NCBI GenBank assembly: GCA_041652735.1
Contig: JBAZGT010000001.1
Coordinates: forward strand, 77,197 to 141,196
Source: Dehalococcoidales bacterium
Lineage (GTDB): Bacteria; Chloroflexota; Dehalococcoidia; Dehalococcoidales; RBG-16-60-22
Direction: 5' to 3'
DNA length: 64,000 nucleotides
The notes below the pieces were generated by a model, which was given only the letters and a program-made list of their open reading frames with translations, was not told the DNA's origin and did not search any database. Shown piece by piece: positions 19,053 to 27,612 of the stretch; the first letter of the stretch is position 1; each line of letters begins with the position of its first letter. Position numbers and translations under genes: made by a program.

Positions 19053-19412
19053 ATGAAAATACAGAACTACCGCAACGTAACCGGCATGACGGCGGCGCCG
19101 GGGGTGACGATGCGCGTGGTATCCGGCCCGGCGGAAAAAGCGCCTACCTTCGTCATGAGGGTATTCGAGATAGAGCCAGGCAGCGCCACGCCTTATCACG
19201 CCCACCCCTGGGAGCATGAGGTCTACGTGCTGGGGGGAAAAGGGGCGGTGAAAAGCGACGGCAAAGATACCCCGCTCCGGGAAGGCGACGCCGTTACCGT
19301 CCTCCCCGGCGAGCAGCACAGCTTCATGAATGCGGGGAAAGAAATGCTGCGCATTATCTGCGTGGTGCCGCTGGTGAACGGCAAGATGCCCGGCATGCCG
19401 GCGCAGGACTGA
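19053..19412 (+). CDS. Cupin_2 domain protein
   Basis: 119 aa; cupin motifs PYHAHPWEHEVYVLGG and LPGEQHSFMN. Confidence 0.8.
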   Translation: MKIQNYRNVTGMTAAPGVTMRVVSGPAEKAPTFVMRVFEIEPGSATPYHAHPWEHEVYVLGGKGAVKSDGKDTPLREGDAVTVLPGEQHSFMNAGKEMLRIICVVPLVNGKMPGMPAQD

Positions 19413-19457
19413 ATAGCCGGTTACAGCTCACTCCCCGCGCCATTTTACATCACACGC

Positions 19458-19493
19458 CGTCTCCTGATAAACTGTGACTAAAAGCAGGAGACG
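19458..19493 (+). promoter_or_regulatory. Hairpin sequestering the AOR ribosome-binding site
   Basis: CGTCTCCTG (19458-19466) pairs perfectly with CAGGAGACG (19485-19493). The 3' arm contains the AGGAG SD, 8 nt before the ATG at 19499. Confidence 0.5.
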
Positions 19494-19498
19494 CATCT

Positions 19499-21409
19499 AT
19501 GAACGGCTGGATGGGCAAGATACTCCAGGTAAACCTCAGCACCGGTACCATAAGTGAAATCGATACCAGGCCCTACGCGGATAAATACCTCGGGGGGAGG
19601 GGTATCGGGGTGGGGCTGTACTGGGAGAAAGTAAAACCGGAAACCGGGGCTTTCGACCCGGAGAACTGCCTCATCTTTACGACGGGGCCCATCGTGGGGA
19701 GCAGCGCCCAGGGCGCCACCTTGACCTCCGTGGTGGGCAAGTCCCCGGCCACCATACCGGAAGGGTTCTGCTACGGCAACCTGACCGGCTTCGTGGGGGC
19801 GGAGCTGAAAAAGGCGGGGTATGACGGGCTGGTGGTGGAGGGGAAGGCGTCCCGCCCGACCTATATCTTTATCGAGGACGGCAGGGCGGAGCTCAGGGAC
19901 GCCGCCGGGCTGTGGGGGCAAAACGGCTACCGCACCGGCGAGCTTCTGGAGCAAATCCACGGCGCCAAGACGCGCTTTATCGCCATCGGGGCGGCGGGCG
20001 AGCACCTGGTGAGAACGGCGGTGGCTTTAGCCAGCCACGACTGCACCGTCTCCGCCGGCTTCGGGGCGGTAATGGGGTCGAAAAACCTCAAGGCCATCGC
20101 CATCCGCGGCAGCGGCAAGGTAGAGGTGGCCGACCTCGAAAAGCTCCACGAGCTCAACCGCTACACCATCAAAATCAGCAAACGCGTGCGGCTCTCCATT
20201 CCGCCGCGCATCGAACACACCAAGTACGCCGAACTGCTGGAGGTAATCGGCAAGGGCAACTGCTACCTGTGCGGGCTGGAATGCGTGGCCGGGGTCTACC
20301 GCTACGGCAAGAAGCTCATCGGGCACCGCAAGTGCCAGTCCGTGGAATACTATTTACCCTGGGTCTACGGCCAGGAGGACGAGCCTATCGAGACCTTTTT
20401 CAACGCCCCGGTAATGGCCAACGACTACGGCTTCGATTCCTGGGAAATGACCAACATCATAGAATGGCTGTACGCAGGCTACCGTACCGGCGCCCTTACC
20501 GAGGCGGAGACCGGCCTGCCGCTTTCCCGAATAGGCACCGCCGAGTTCCTGGAGAAGCTGATGCGCGCCATCGCCTACCGGGAGGGGTTCGGGGACATAC
20601 TGGCGGAGGGGCTGGTGCGGGCGGGAGAAAAGATATCGCCCAAAGCCAGGGCGCTTTTCCCTCCTACCCTGGCACCCATCGGAGCGAACTACGCCTTTTC
20701 GCCGCGGACCTTCCCCATCATGGCGCTGCTTTATCCCCCGGAGCCCCGGGTACACCACGTCAACTACCACGATATCGCCTTCGTCCACATCGCCTGGAGC
20801 ATCGAACAGCAGCAGCCGGGCGTAACCGGAGTGACCGGGCCGCTGGTGCACCGCATAGCCAGGGAGTTCTGGGGCAGCGATACCGCCGGCGATTTTTCCA
20901 GCTACGAAGGCAAAGCCCTGGCGGCCAAAATAATCCAGCACCGTACTTACCTCAAAGAAATGCTCGGTCTGTGCGACTGGGGCTACCCGATTTCCTATTC
21001 CTTCAATACCCCCGACCACATGGGCGACCCCGATATCGAGGCTAAAATCTGCACCGCGGTGACCGGCATCCCCGGCGAAGAGCTGGACATCTACGCCGAG
21101 CGCGTTTACAATCTACAGCGGCTCATCCTGCTGCGCGAGGGACGACAGACCCCCGCCGCCGATTACCCCATGGACTTCATTTTCACCGAACCGCAGCGGG
21201 GCATGCCCGGCGCCGGCATCATGGTGCCCGGCCCCGGCGACAGCGCCGTGGACATGGTGGGCAACAAGCTCGACCGGGACAAGTTTACCGCCATGCTCAA
21301 GGAGTACTACACCCTGCGCGGCTGGGACGAAGAGACGGGGCTGCCCAGGGCGGAGACGCTGGCGGCGCTGGGGCTGGGGGATATGGCTAAGGCGTTAGCG
21401 GTTCAATAG
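19499..21409 (+). CDS. Aldehyde:ferredoxin oxidoreductase family (tungstopterin) enzyme
   Basis: 636 aa; N-terminus MNGWMGKILQVNLSTGTISE...YLGGRGIGVGLYW is typical of the AOR N-terminal domain. Confidence 0.88.
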   Translation: MNGWMGKILQVNLSTGTISEIDTRPYADKYLGGRGIGVGLYWEKVKPETGAFDPENCLIFTTGPIVGSSAQGATLTSVVGKSPATIPEGFCYGNLTGFVGAELKKAGYDGLVVEGKASRPTYIFIEDGRAELRDAAGLWGQNGYRTGELLEQIHGAKTRFIAIGAAGEHLVRTAVALASHDCTVSAGFGAVMGSKNLKAIAIRGSGKVEVADLEKLHELNRYTIKISKRVRLSIPPRIEHTKYAELLEVIGKGNCYLCGLECVAGVYRYGKKLIGHRKCQSVEYYLPWVYGQEDEPIETFFNAPVMANDYGFDSWEMTNIIEWLYAGYRTGALTEAETGLPLSRIGTAEFLEKLMRAIAYREGFGDILAEGLVRAGEKISPKARALFPPTLAPIGANYAFSPRTFPIMALLYPPEPRVHHVNYHDIAFVHIAWSIEQQQPGVTGVTGPLVHRIAREFWGSDTAGDFSSYEGKALAAKIIQHRTYLKEMLGLCDWGYPISYSFNTPDHMGDPDIEAKICTAVTGIPGEELDIYAERVYNLQRLILLREGRQTPAADYPMDFIFTEPQRGMPGAGIMVPGPGDSAVDMVGNKLDRDKFTAMLKEYYTLRGWDEETGLPRAETLAALGLGDMAKALAVQ

Positions 21410-22543
21410 CCGGCCCAGCCAGGACTCCTTAATCAGGATGGCGCCTTCCGGGCACAGCTCCTGGCAGCAGAAACAGCGGATACAGCGGTCATAGTTATGC
21501 ACCGGCGGGCGCTTTTCATCCCCGCCCACCCAGTCCACCGCTTTAGGGGTGACCGGGCAGTGCCGGATACAGGTGCCGCATTCGGTGCATTTATCTTTAT
21601 CAATCAGCGGCCGCGGGCTCATACGGTTCTTGAAGAATATGCGGAAACGCCCGCTGACGGCGTGCTCCACCGGCTTACGCACCACGTCGAAGTCCGGGCA
21701 GATAAAGTCCGCCGCCTTCTCCCCTGCCACCTCGATATTTTCCTCATGGTAAGTGCCGAGCCCGGTTTTTTCACCGGAGGCGAGGGTGGGCACGAAAGCG
21801 GGGTCGAGGTTAATGATTTTACAGGCGACGGCATCCAGCGCCACCGGGTCTTTAGAGACCAGTATCGCGCCGATTTTCCGCGGGCTGCCGTTGCGCGGGC
21901 CGTTGCCCTCCATGGCCATGACGGCATCCATGATGTAAAGGCGCGGCTTGAGCAGCGTATTGAGGTCCGCCAGCATGGCGGCGAACTCAAAGGGGTCGGC
22001 CATGCGGGCATGGTGCTGGCCTTTTATCAGCCCCGGGATACAGCCGAACTGGTTTTTTATGGCCCCGGTCATGCGCATCAGCCCATGCGTTTTCAGCTTG
22101 GACAGGCTGACCAGGCCGTCCGCCGCCAGCACGGCGTCCGCGATAGTAAAGCGCTTGACCAGCCGGCCTTCCCGGTGGGAGACAGAGGTACCTTTGGAAA
22201 AATCGGCGACAGTTATGTTAAGCTCGTCGGCGACCTGCTTTAAGCCGGCCGTTCTCATGCCCGCGGCGGTGCCGCCAAAGCCCGGCGAATCCCCGCAGGA
22301 AAGGACCGCCCCGCTTTCCAGGAATATTTTAGCCGCCGCTTTGAAAACGGCGGGGTGGGTGCAAACGCATTTTTCCGGGGCTGAGCCGATAAGCACGTTC
22401 GGCTTGAGGACGATTTTCTCCCCGGCTGTGACAAACTGCTCTATCCCCCCGATAAGCCCGACACCCCTTGCCACCGCCCGGTACACTTTTTCCTCGTCGT
22501 AAGTATCACAGGCAACCAGGGCTACCCTAGATTTTCCGTTCAT
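21395..22543 (-). CDS. DUF362 domain protein with C-terminal 2x[4Fe-4S] ferredoxin domain
   Basis: MNGKSRVALVACDTYDEEKVY...; C-terminal CTECGTCIRHCP and CIRCFCCQELCP. Start set at the ATG at 22543 with a GGAGGG RBS. Its 3' end overlaps the AOR 3' end by 15 nt. Confidence 0.8.
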   Translation of the reverse strand: MNGKSRVALVACDTYDEEKVYRAVARGVGLIGGIEQFVTAGEKIVLKPNVLIGSAPEKCVCTHPAVFKAAAKIFLESGAVLSCGDSPGFGGTAAGMRTAGLKQVADELNITVADFSKGTSVSHREGRLVKRFTIADAVLAADGLVSLSKLKTHGLMRMTGAIKNQFGCIPGLIKGQHHARMADPFEFAAMLADLNTLLKPRLYIMDAVMAMEGNGPRNGSPRKIGAILVSKDPVALDAVACKIINLDPAFVPTLASGEKTGLGTYHEENIEVAGEKAADFICPDFDVVRKPVEHAVSGRFRIFFKNRMSPRPLIDKDKCTECGTCIRHCPVTPKAVDWVGGDEKRPPVHNYDRCIRCFCCQELCPEGAILIKESWLGRLLNR

Positions 22544-22595
22544 GTTTTTCACCCTCCAACAGCCGGGATATTCTCTTGAACAATCCAAGTGCCAA

Positions 22596-23621
22596 TCAGA
22601 TAATCAGCATGGCGTCCCCGAAGCTGTAGAAGCGGTAGCGCTCTTTGATTGCCTCCGCGTAGGCTTTGGTGATATTTTCCCGGCCCGCGAAAGCGGTGAC
22701 CAGCATCAGTAGACTGGACTTCGGTAAATGGAAATTAGTCACCAGCGCATCGACCACGCGGAAACGGTGCCCCGGCAGGATAAAAAGGCCGACCCAGTCT
22801 GCAAACGGCCGGATTTCCCCGGGCGGGCTGCTTAAAGCGGCCTGCTCCGTCAGCCTCACGGAGGTGGTGCCCACACAGATAATGCGCCGCCCCTCCTTTT
22901 TGGCCGCGGTAAGTTCGGCGGCAACCGACTCGCTTAAAACGCCGTATTCCCGGTAGATGGCGTGCTTTTGCGGGTCTTCCTCGGTGACCGGGCGGAAGGT
23001 GTCCAGCCCCACGTGCAGGGTGGTAAAGAGACAGCGCACGCCCGCCGACTGTATCCTGTCCAGCAGCTCCGGCGTAAAGTGGAGTCCGGCGGTGGGGGCG
23101 GCGGCGCTGCCCACCACTTTGGCATAGACCGTCTGGTACCTTTCCGGGTTTTTCAGGGGCTCGTGGATATAGGGCGGCAGCGGCATCTCGCCGGCGGTCA
23201 TCAAACGTGTTTCATCGGAAAAGCGTACCTGCCGGATGCCTTCCGCGCCGATGCCGGTTATTTCCGCGGTGATAATATCCGCGCCGGACGCAATCTCGAT
23301 GCGCGCCCCTGCCGCCAGCCGCTTGGCGGGCTTGACCAGACCCTCCCAGCTATTTTCCCCCAGCCGCCGCAGCAGCAGGATTTCCACGGCGCCCCCGCTG
23401 CCCGCCCTTTTCCCCTTGAGCCGGGCGGGGAGGACGCGACTGTTATTGAACACCATGACATCGCCGTCATGCAGGTAATCCGTAATCTCATAAAAGCGGC
23501 GGTGGGAGATAGCGCCGCTCTTTCTATCCAGCACCAGCAGCCTGGAGCCGTCCCGGGGCTCGATGGGGGTCTGGGCGATAAGCTCCGGCGGCAAAACGTA
23601 GTCAAAATCAGAGGTTTTCAT
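22596..23621 (-). CDS. queA: S-adenosylmethionine:tRNA ribosyltransferase-isomerase
   Basis: MKTSDFDYVLPPELIAQTPIEPRDGSRLLVL and the later TAGLHFT block; start chosen at the internal ATG at 23621. Confidence 0.93.
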   Translation of the reverse strand: MKTSDFDYVLPPELIAQTPIEPRDGSRLLVLDRKSGAISHRRFYEITDYLHDGDVMVFNNSRVLPARLKGKRAGSGGAVEILLLRRLGENSWEGLVKPAKRLAAGARIEIASGADIITAEITGIGAEGIRQVRFSDETRLMTAGEMPLPPYIHEPLKNPERYQTVYAKVVGSAAAPTAGLHFTPELLDRIQSAGVRCLFTTLHVGLDTFRPVTEEDPQKHAIYREYGVLSESVAAELTAAKKEGRRIICVGTTSVRLTEQAALSSPPGEIRPFADWVGLFILPGHRFRVVDALVTNFHLPKSSLLMLVTAFAGRENITKAYAEAIKERYRFYSFGDAMLII

Positions 23622-23703
23622 ACTTTTCACTATACCCTTTAGCCTTGAGAAAGGCAATTGTTCCGCTTAGTGAGAAGATACTGGCAATTTTCAGGCCTTT
23701 CAG

Positions 23704-23732
23704 TTACAATGCCTGCAAAAGTATCCTATAAT
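23704..23732 (+). promoter_or_regulatory. Sigma70-like promoter candidate for the bicupin gene
   Basis: TTACAA (23704-23709), 17-nt spacer, TATAAT (23727-23732). GAGGAGGG RBS and the ATG at 23748 follow. Confidence 0.45.
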
Positions 23733-23747
23733 TATTGAGGAGGGAAG

Positions 23748-24644
23748 ATGCCTAAAGCCGCCGCCATGAAATACGCTAACCACGCCAAAGCCGTGCCGTT
23801 CCGGGACTACGATGAAAACGGTTACCGCCGGGGAGCGGTGCTGGATAAAAAATGGCTCGGGTTCGATGTGCATATCAAATACGGGAGCTACTGGCTGGCC
23901 GGGCGGATGGGCAAAGCGCCTTATACACCCCACGTGCACGACTTCGACCAGGTGCTGCTCTTCGCGGGGTCGGACATGAACGACATCGGCGACCTGGGGG
24001 CGGAGGTGGAGTTCTGCCTGGGGGACGACCTGGAGACGCACATGATTACCACCACCACGGCGGTGGCGATTCCCAGGGGCACGCCGCATTTCCCGGCCAC
24101 GGTCAATATCCTGAACAAGCCGTTCTTCTATTACGAGATATCCCTGGCGCCCGCTTATAAAGAGACCCCCGCGCTCAAGGGGAAAGCCCCCGGGCCCATC
24201 GCCGGATTCAGGTCAGCCACGCGCAAGTACGTGATGCCGCTGGCTTTTGTGCGCAAGGGCGCCTGGCATTACGGCCCCACCAACCGCGATGACGGCGGCG
24301 GGCACCTCGCCTTCGTGCGGACGAAGGAAGCGGCGGGGTTCGACTTCGTGATGCTGTACGAGAGCATGAAGCGCGGCCCTTACCGCATCTGCCCGGAGCC
24401 GGAAAAACCCCACGCCCACCCCACCACCCAGATAATGATGTTCCTGGGCACCGACCCCTATGACATGGGCGACCTGGGGGCGGAGTTCGAGATTTGCCTG
24501 GGCAAGGAGCTGGAAAAGCACACTTTTACTAAGTCCACCGCCATCCTGACGCCGCCTTTCCTGCCGCACTGGCCGGGCGGGGTGGTAAAGCTGGACCGGC
24601 CGATTATCATGTGCGATATTCACCCGTTTGGCAATGAGCATTAA
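23748..24644 (+). CDS. Bicupin-like protein of unknown function (internal duplication)
   Basis: 298 aa. The two halves align by eye: PHVHDFDQVLLFAGSDMNDIGDLGAEVEFCLGDDLETH versus PHAHPTTQIMMFLGTDPYDMGDLGAEFEICLGKELEKH. Confidence 0.65.
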   Translation: MPKAAAMKYANHAKAVPFRDYDENGYRRGAVLDKKWLGFDVHIKYGSYWLAGRMGKAPYTPHVHDFDQVLLFAGSDMNDIGDLGAEVEFCLGDDLETHMITTTTAVAIPRGTPHFPATVNILNKPFFYYEISLAPAYKETPALKGKAPGPIAGFRSATRKYVMPLAFVRKGAWHYGPTNRDDGGGHLAFVRTKEAAGFDFVMLYESMKRGPYRICPEPEKPHAHPTTQIMMFLGTDPYDMGDLGAEFEICLGKELEKHTFTKSTAILTPPFLPHWPGGVVKLDRPIIMCDIHPFGNEH

Positions 24645-24676
24645 TGTATAACTAATATCGGGGGACCTATCAGATA

Positions 24677-24886
24677 ATGGCAGAACTCAATGAAAAGAAA
24701 TGCGCCGCCTGCTCCCTCGGCCCGCCGGACTGGGTGTACAAGTGCGAGGAATGCGGTAACGAATTTACGCTCCCCGCCCCTAAAGGCCCCGCCGAGGAGA
24801 AGAGTCGCGTTTGCCCGGAGTGCCACGGCAAGAATATTAAAAGAACAGATTTGGTCAAGTCAGAATCCTGCCCGCCCGGAGGCTGA
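24677..24886 (+). CDS. Small zinc-ribbon protein (FmdB-like CxxC...CxxC)
   Basis: 69 aa; CAAC, YKCEECGNEF and VCPECHG motifs. Confidence 0.55.
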   Translation: MAELNEKKCAACSLGPPDWVYKCEECGNEFTLPAPKGPAEEKSRVCPECHGKNIKRTDLVKSESCPPGG

Positions 24887-24943
24887 TAAACCGGTAACAC
24901 GGGCCGTTGGCCGGTAAAATTTTTCCAAGGGAGGGAACGATTT

Positions 24944-25471
24944 ATGGGCAACAGTGTGCTGATAGCGTATGCTTCCAAGTACGGTTCGACCAAAGAAATC
25001 GCGGAGAAAATCGGGGAGATATTGAAGCTGGACGGTCTGCCGGCCGATATCCTGCCGGTCAAGGGTATCAAGAATCCGGCGGACTACCAGGCTATTATCA
25101 TCGGCAGCGCCATGTACATGGGCATGTGGCGCAAAGAGGCCACCAACTTCGTGAAGAAGTACGAAACGGCGCTGGCGGGCAAGCCGGTCTGGGTCTTTTC
25201 CTCCGGCCCCTCCGGCAAAGGCGACCCCGCGGAGCTGCTGAAAGGCATTATCGTGCCGCGCGGCGTCAAGCCGCTTCTCGACCGCATCAAGCCGCGGGAT
25301 ATCGCCGTTTTCCACGGCCACCTCGACCCCGCTAAAATGAGCGGCATGGAAAGATGGATAGTCAAGCGGGTAGGCGGGGGAACGGGAGACTTCCGCGACT
25401 GGGATATGATAAACCAGTGGGCCAAAAAGGTAGCGGCGGCGATAAAGAGCAGCGGCCAGATACAGGAGTAA
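24944..25471 (+). CDS. Flavodoxin-like (HemG/flavodoxin_5 type) protein
   Basis: 175 aa; VLIAYASKYGSTKEIAEKI FMN-loop type N-terminus. Confidence 0.7.
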   Translation: MGNSVLIAYASKYGSTKEIAEKIGEILKLDGLPADILPVKGIKNPADYQAIIIGSAMYMGMWRKEATNFVKKYETALAGKPVWVFSSGPSGKGDPAELLKGIIVPRGVKPLLDRIKPRDIAVFHGHLDPAKMSGMERWIVKRVGGGTGDFRDWDMINQWAKKVAAAIKSSGQIQE

Positions 25472-25476
25472 ACTAA

Positions 25477-25875
25477 TTGGCGGACAAGCTGGTCACCGTA
25501 ATCATGTTTCAGACCGAGGAAGAGGCGTACCTTTCCAAATCGATACTGGAAGCGGCTGATATCGAGTCCCTGGTGGCAGAAGAAACCGAAGACCCGATTT
25601 ACGCCGGACTAATCAATCTACAGGTAAGAAAACGCGACGCCAAGAGGGCGCGGGAAATTCTCAAGGAAGCCCGGGTAATGCCGTCCGAACCCTTTAAAAT
25701 CTGGGACAAATGGATGGTGGCAATGGGGGCGGGGTGGGTACTGATACTGCTCGGCATTATGCTGATGCTGTTTACGCATATCAATAAGGTCATCCCGGGT
25801 ATCATCATTATAGCGGGAGTGATACTGGTGGCCGCCGGGTTCAATATTTACGGCAAGGACATACGGAAGGAATAA
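25477..25875 (+). CDS. DUF2007-like domain protein with C-terminal transmembrane segments
   Basis: TTG start; N-terminal LVTVIMFQTEEEAYLSKSILEAADIES pattern; hydrophobic C-terminus WMVAMGAGWVLILLGIMLMLF...IIIIAGVILVAAGF. Confidence 0.55.
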   Translation: MADKLVTVIMFQTEEEAYLSKSILEAADIESLVAEETEDPIYAGLINLQVRKRDAKRAREILKEARVMPSEPFKIWDKWMVAMGAGWVLILLGIMLMLFTHINKVIPGIIIIAGVILVAAGFNIYGKDIRKE

Positions 25876-25907
25876 AAATCCCCGGCCTTTTGAGGGGTCG
25901 GGGATTT
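25876..25907 (-). terminator. Intrinsic terminator of the hyd-metVF unit
   Basis: AAATCCCCG / CGGGGATTT 9-bp stem. On the minus strand it is followed by TTTTTATT. It lies 22 nt after the metF stop. Confidence 0.6.
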
Positions 25908-25928
25908 AAACAGCTTTAAAGAGTGAAT

Positions 25929-26810
25929 CTAGAGCCCGGCCATGGCCATGATTTCCGGCACTTTCTTTTCCCAGCCTATCGCCATGATGTGCACGCCCTG
26001 GCACATCGGCTTCATCTTCTTGATAAGGTCGGCGGCCATCTGGAGACCAACCTTTTCCCGGTCTTCTTTAGCCGCGGCGGCCATCTGCTGGATAAGGTCG
26101 TCCGGGACGCGGATGCCGGCCACGTTGGCGTTCATAAACCTGGCGAAACCGGCGTTTTTCAGCGGGATAATGCCCACCATCACCGGCGTCTTGAATTTTT
26201 CCACCCGCTTCATGAACTTCCCGAACGATACGGGGTCGTACACGGCCTGGGTCTGGAAGAACCTGGCGCCGGCGGCTATTTTCTTCCGCATCTTGGCTAT
26301 TTGCAGCTCTTCCGAGGCCTCGGTGTTGGACTCCACTTTCACTACAGCGCCGGGGAAGAAATCCGGCTTGCCCTTAAGCTCGTTCATGGAAAGGTCGAAC
26401 CCCTCATTGAGGCTGGTGATAGCCTGGAGTAGCGTCACGGAATCCAGATCGAAGACGCCCTTGGCCTGCGGGTGGTCGCCCAGAGCGGGGAGGTCGCCGG
26501 TAAGCGCCAGGACGTTCTTGATGCCCATCACCCACGCCCCGAGCAGGTCGGACTGCAGGGCGATGCGGTTGCGGTCGCGGCAGGTCACCTGGAAGATAGG
26601 CTCCAGGCCGCCCTGCACGCACAGCGCGGCGGTGACCAGGCCGGAAAGGCGCATCACCGAGCTCTGCTGGTCGGTAACGTTGGCGGCGTCCACCTTGCCT
26701 TTCAAGACCTCGATGTTCTCTTTTATTTCATGAGTATCGGTGCCCTTGAGCGGGCCGAACTCGCAGGATATGGCGAACTGACCTGATTCCAGTTTAGATT
26801 GAAGGCTCAT
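25929..26810 (-). CDS. metF: Methylenetetrahydrofolate reductase
   Basis: 293 aa; MSLQSKLESGQFAISCEFGPLKG; MTHFR family. The ATG overlaps the metV stop (TAATG). Confidence 0.92.
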   Translation of the reverse strand: MSLQSKLESGQFAISCEFGPLKGTDTHEIKENIEVLKGKVDAANVTDQQSSVMRLSGLVTAALCVQGGLEPIFQVTCRDRNRIALQSDLLGAWVMGIKNVLALTGDLPALGDHPQAKGVFDLDSVTLLQAITSLNEGFDLSMNELKGKPDFFPGAVVKVESNTEASEELQIAKMRKKIAAGARFFQTQAVYDPVSFGKFMKRVEKFKTPVMVGIIPLKNAGFARFMNANVAGIRVPDDLIQQMAAAAKEDREKVGLQMAADLIKKMKPMCQGVHIMAIGWEKKVPEIMAMAGL

Positions 26811-27598
26811 TATTTCACCTCCTTGGGAGGATTGGCTGCCGGCTTGGGAGCTCCGGCGGGTGCCGCCCCGGCTTTAGGAGTGGCGGCGGGCGCAGGGGCG
26901 GGAGGAGGCGCAGGCTTATCGGTTACCTTGCCGGGATTTTCCAATCCATAGCGCGCCAGGGACATCATCTCCGGGCGGGGCATGATTTTCTTATGGTCGA
27001 GGGGTTTCATCATATCATCGAGACGTGACAGTAAACCCCGCTCCTTGAGTCGGTTATAAATCAGTTCCCAGCCGCAATCGCGGTCTTTGGAGATTTCACA
27101 CTTGCCTTTGTTGGCCCCGCCACAGGCGCCGCTGACCAGGCTCTTGGTGCAGGCGGTGAGGGGGCAAATGCCGCCGGTATGGTAGAGGAGGCACTGGCCG
27201 CATTCAAAACAGCGCTCGGTGCCTTCCCACTCGCCGCGGGAGCCGCCCAGGTTGACGGTATTGCAGCCGGGGTACACCGGCTTGTTGATAGAAGCCGCCA
27301 CCGCCTGTATGCCGACGCCGCAGGTCAGCACCAGCACCGCGTCCGCGGCTTTAAGCTGTTCCACCCTGCCCCGCAGCTCGGACTTTACCAGCGCCTTGCT
27401 GCAGAGAAAATCACAGTTCCTGGTGCCGGTAACGTTCTTGCCGGCTTCCGTCAGCTTCTGCTTCATCTCGGCTACCTGCTCGGGGCCGCCGCTGCCGGAC
27501 GACTGGGCGCAGCCTTCACAGCCCATGATAAAGACATTCTTATCCTTTTCCAGGTAGGCTATTATTTCATCAAAATGCTTTTGTTCGGAATATAACAT
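26810..27598 (-). CDS. metV: MetV (MTHFR-associated Cys-rich Fe-S/zinc-finger subunit) with Pro/Ala-rich C-terminal tail
   Basis: 262 aa; Cys-rich blocks GCEGCAQS, CFECGQCLL, CPLTACTKSLVSGACGG and KCE; tail KPAPPPAPAPAATPKAGAAPAGAPKPAANPPKEVK. Confidence 0.85.
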   Translation of the reverse strand: MLYSEQKHFDEIIAYLEKDKNVFIMGCEGCAQSSGSGGPEQVAEMKQKLTEAGKNVTGTRNCDFLCSKALVKSELRGRVEQLKAADAVLVLTCGVGIQAVAASINKPVYPGCNTVNLGGSRGEWEGTERCFECGQCLLYHTGGICPLTACTKSLVSGACGGANKGKCEISKDRDCGWELIYNRLKERGLLSRLDDMMKPLDHKKIMPRPEMMSLARYGLENPGKVTDKPAPPPAPAPAATPKAGAAPAGAPKPAANPPKEVK

Positions 27599-27612
27599 CG
27601 CTCCTCCTTTAC

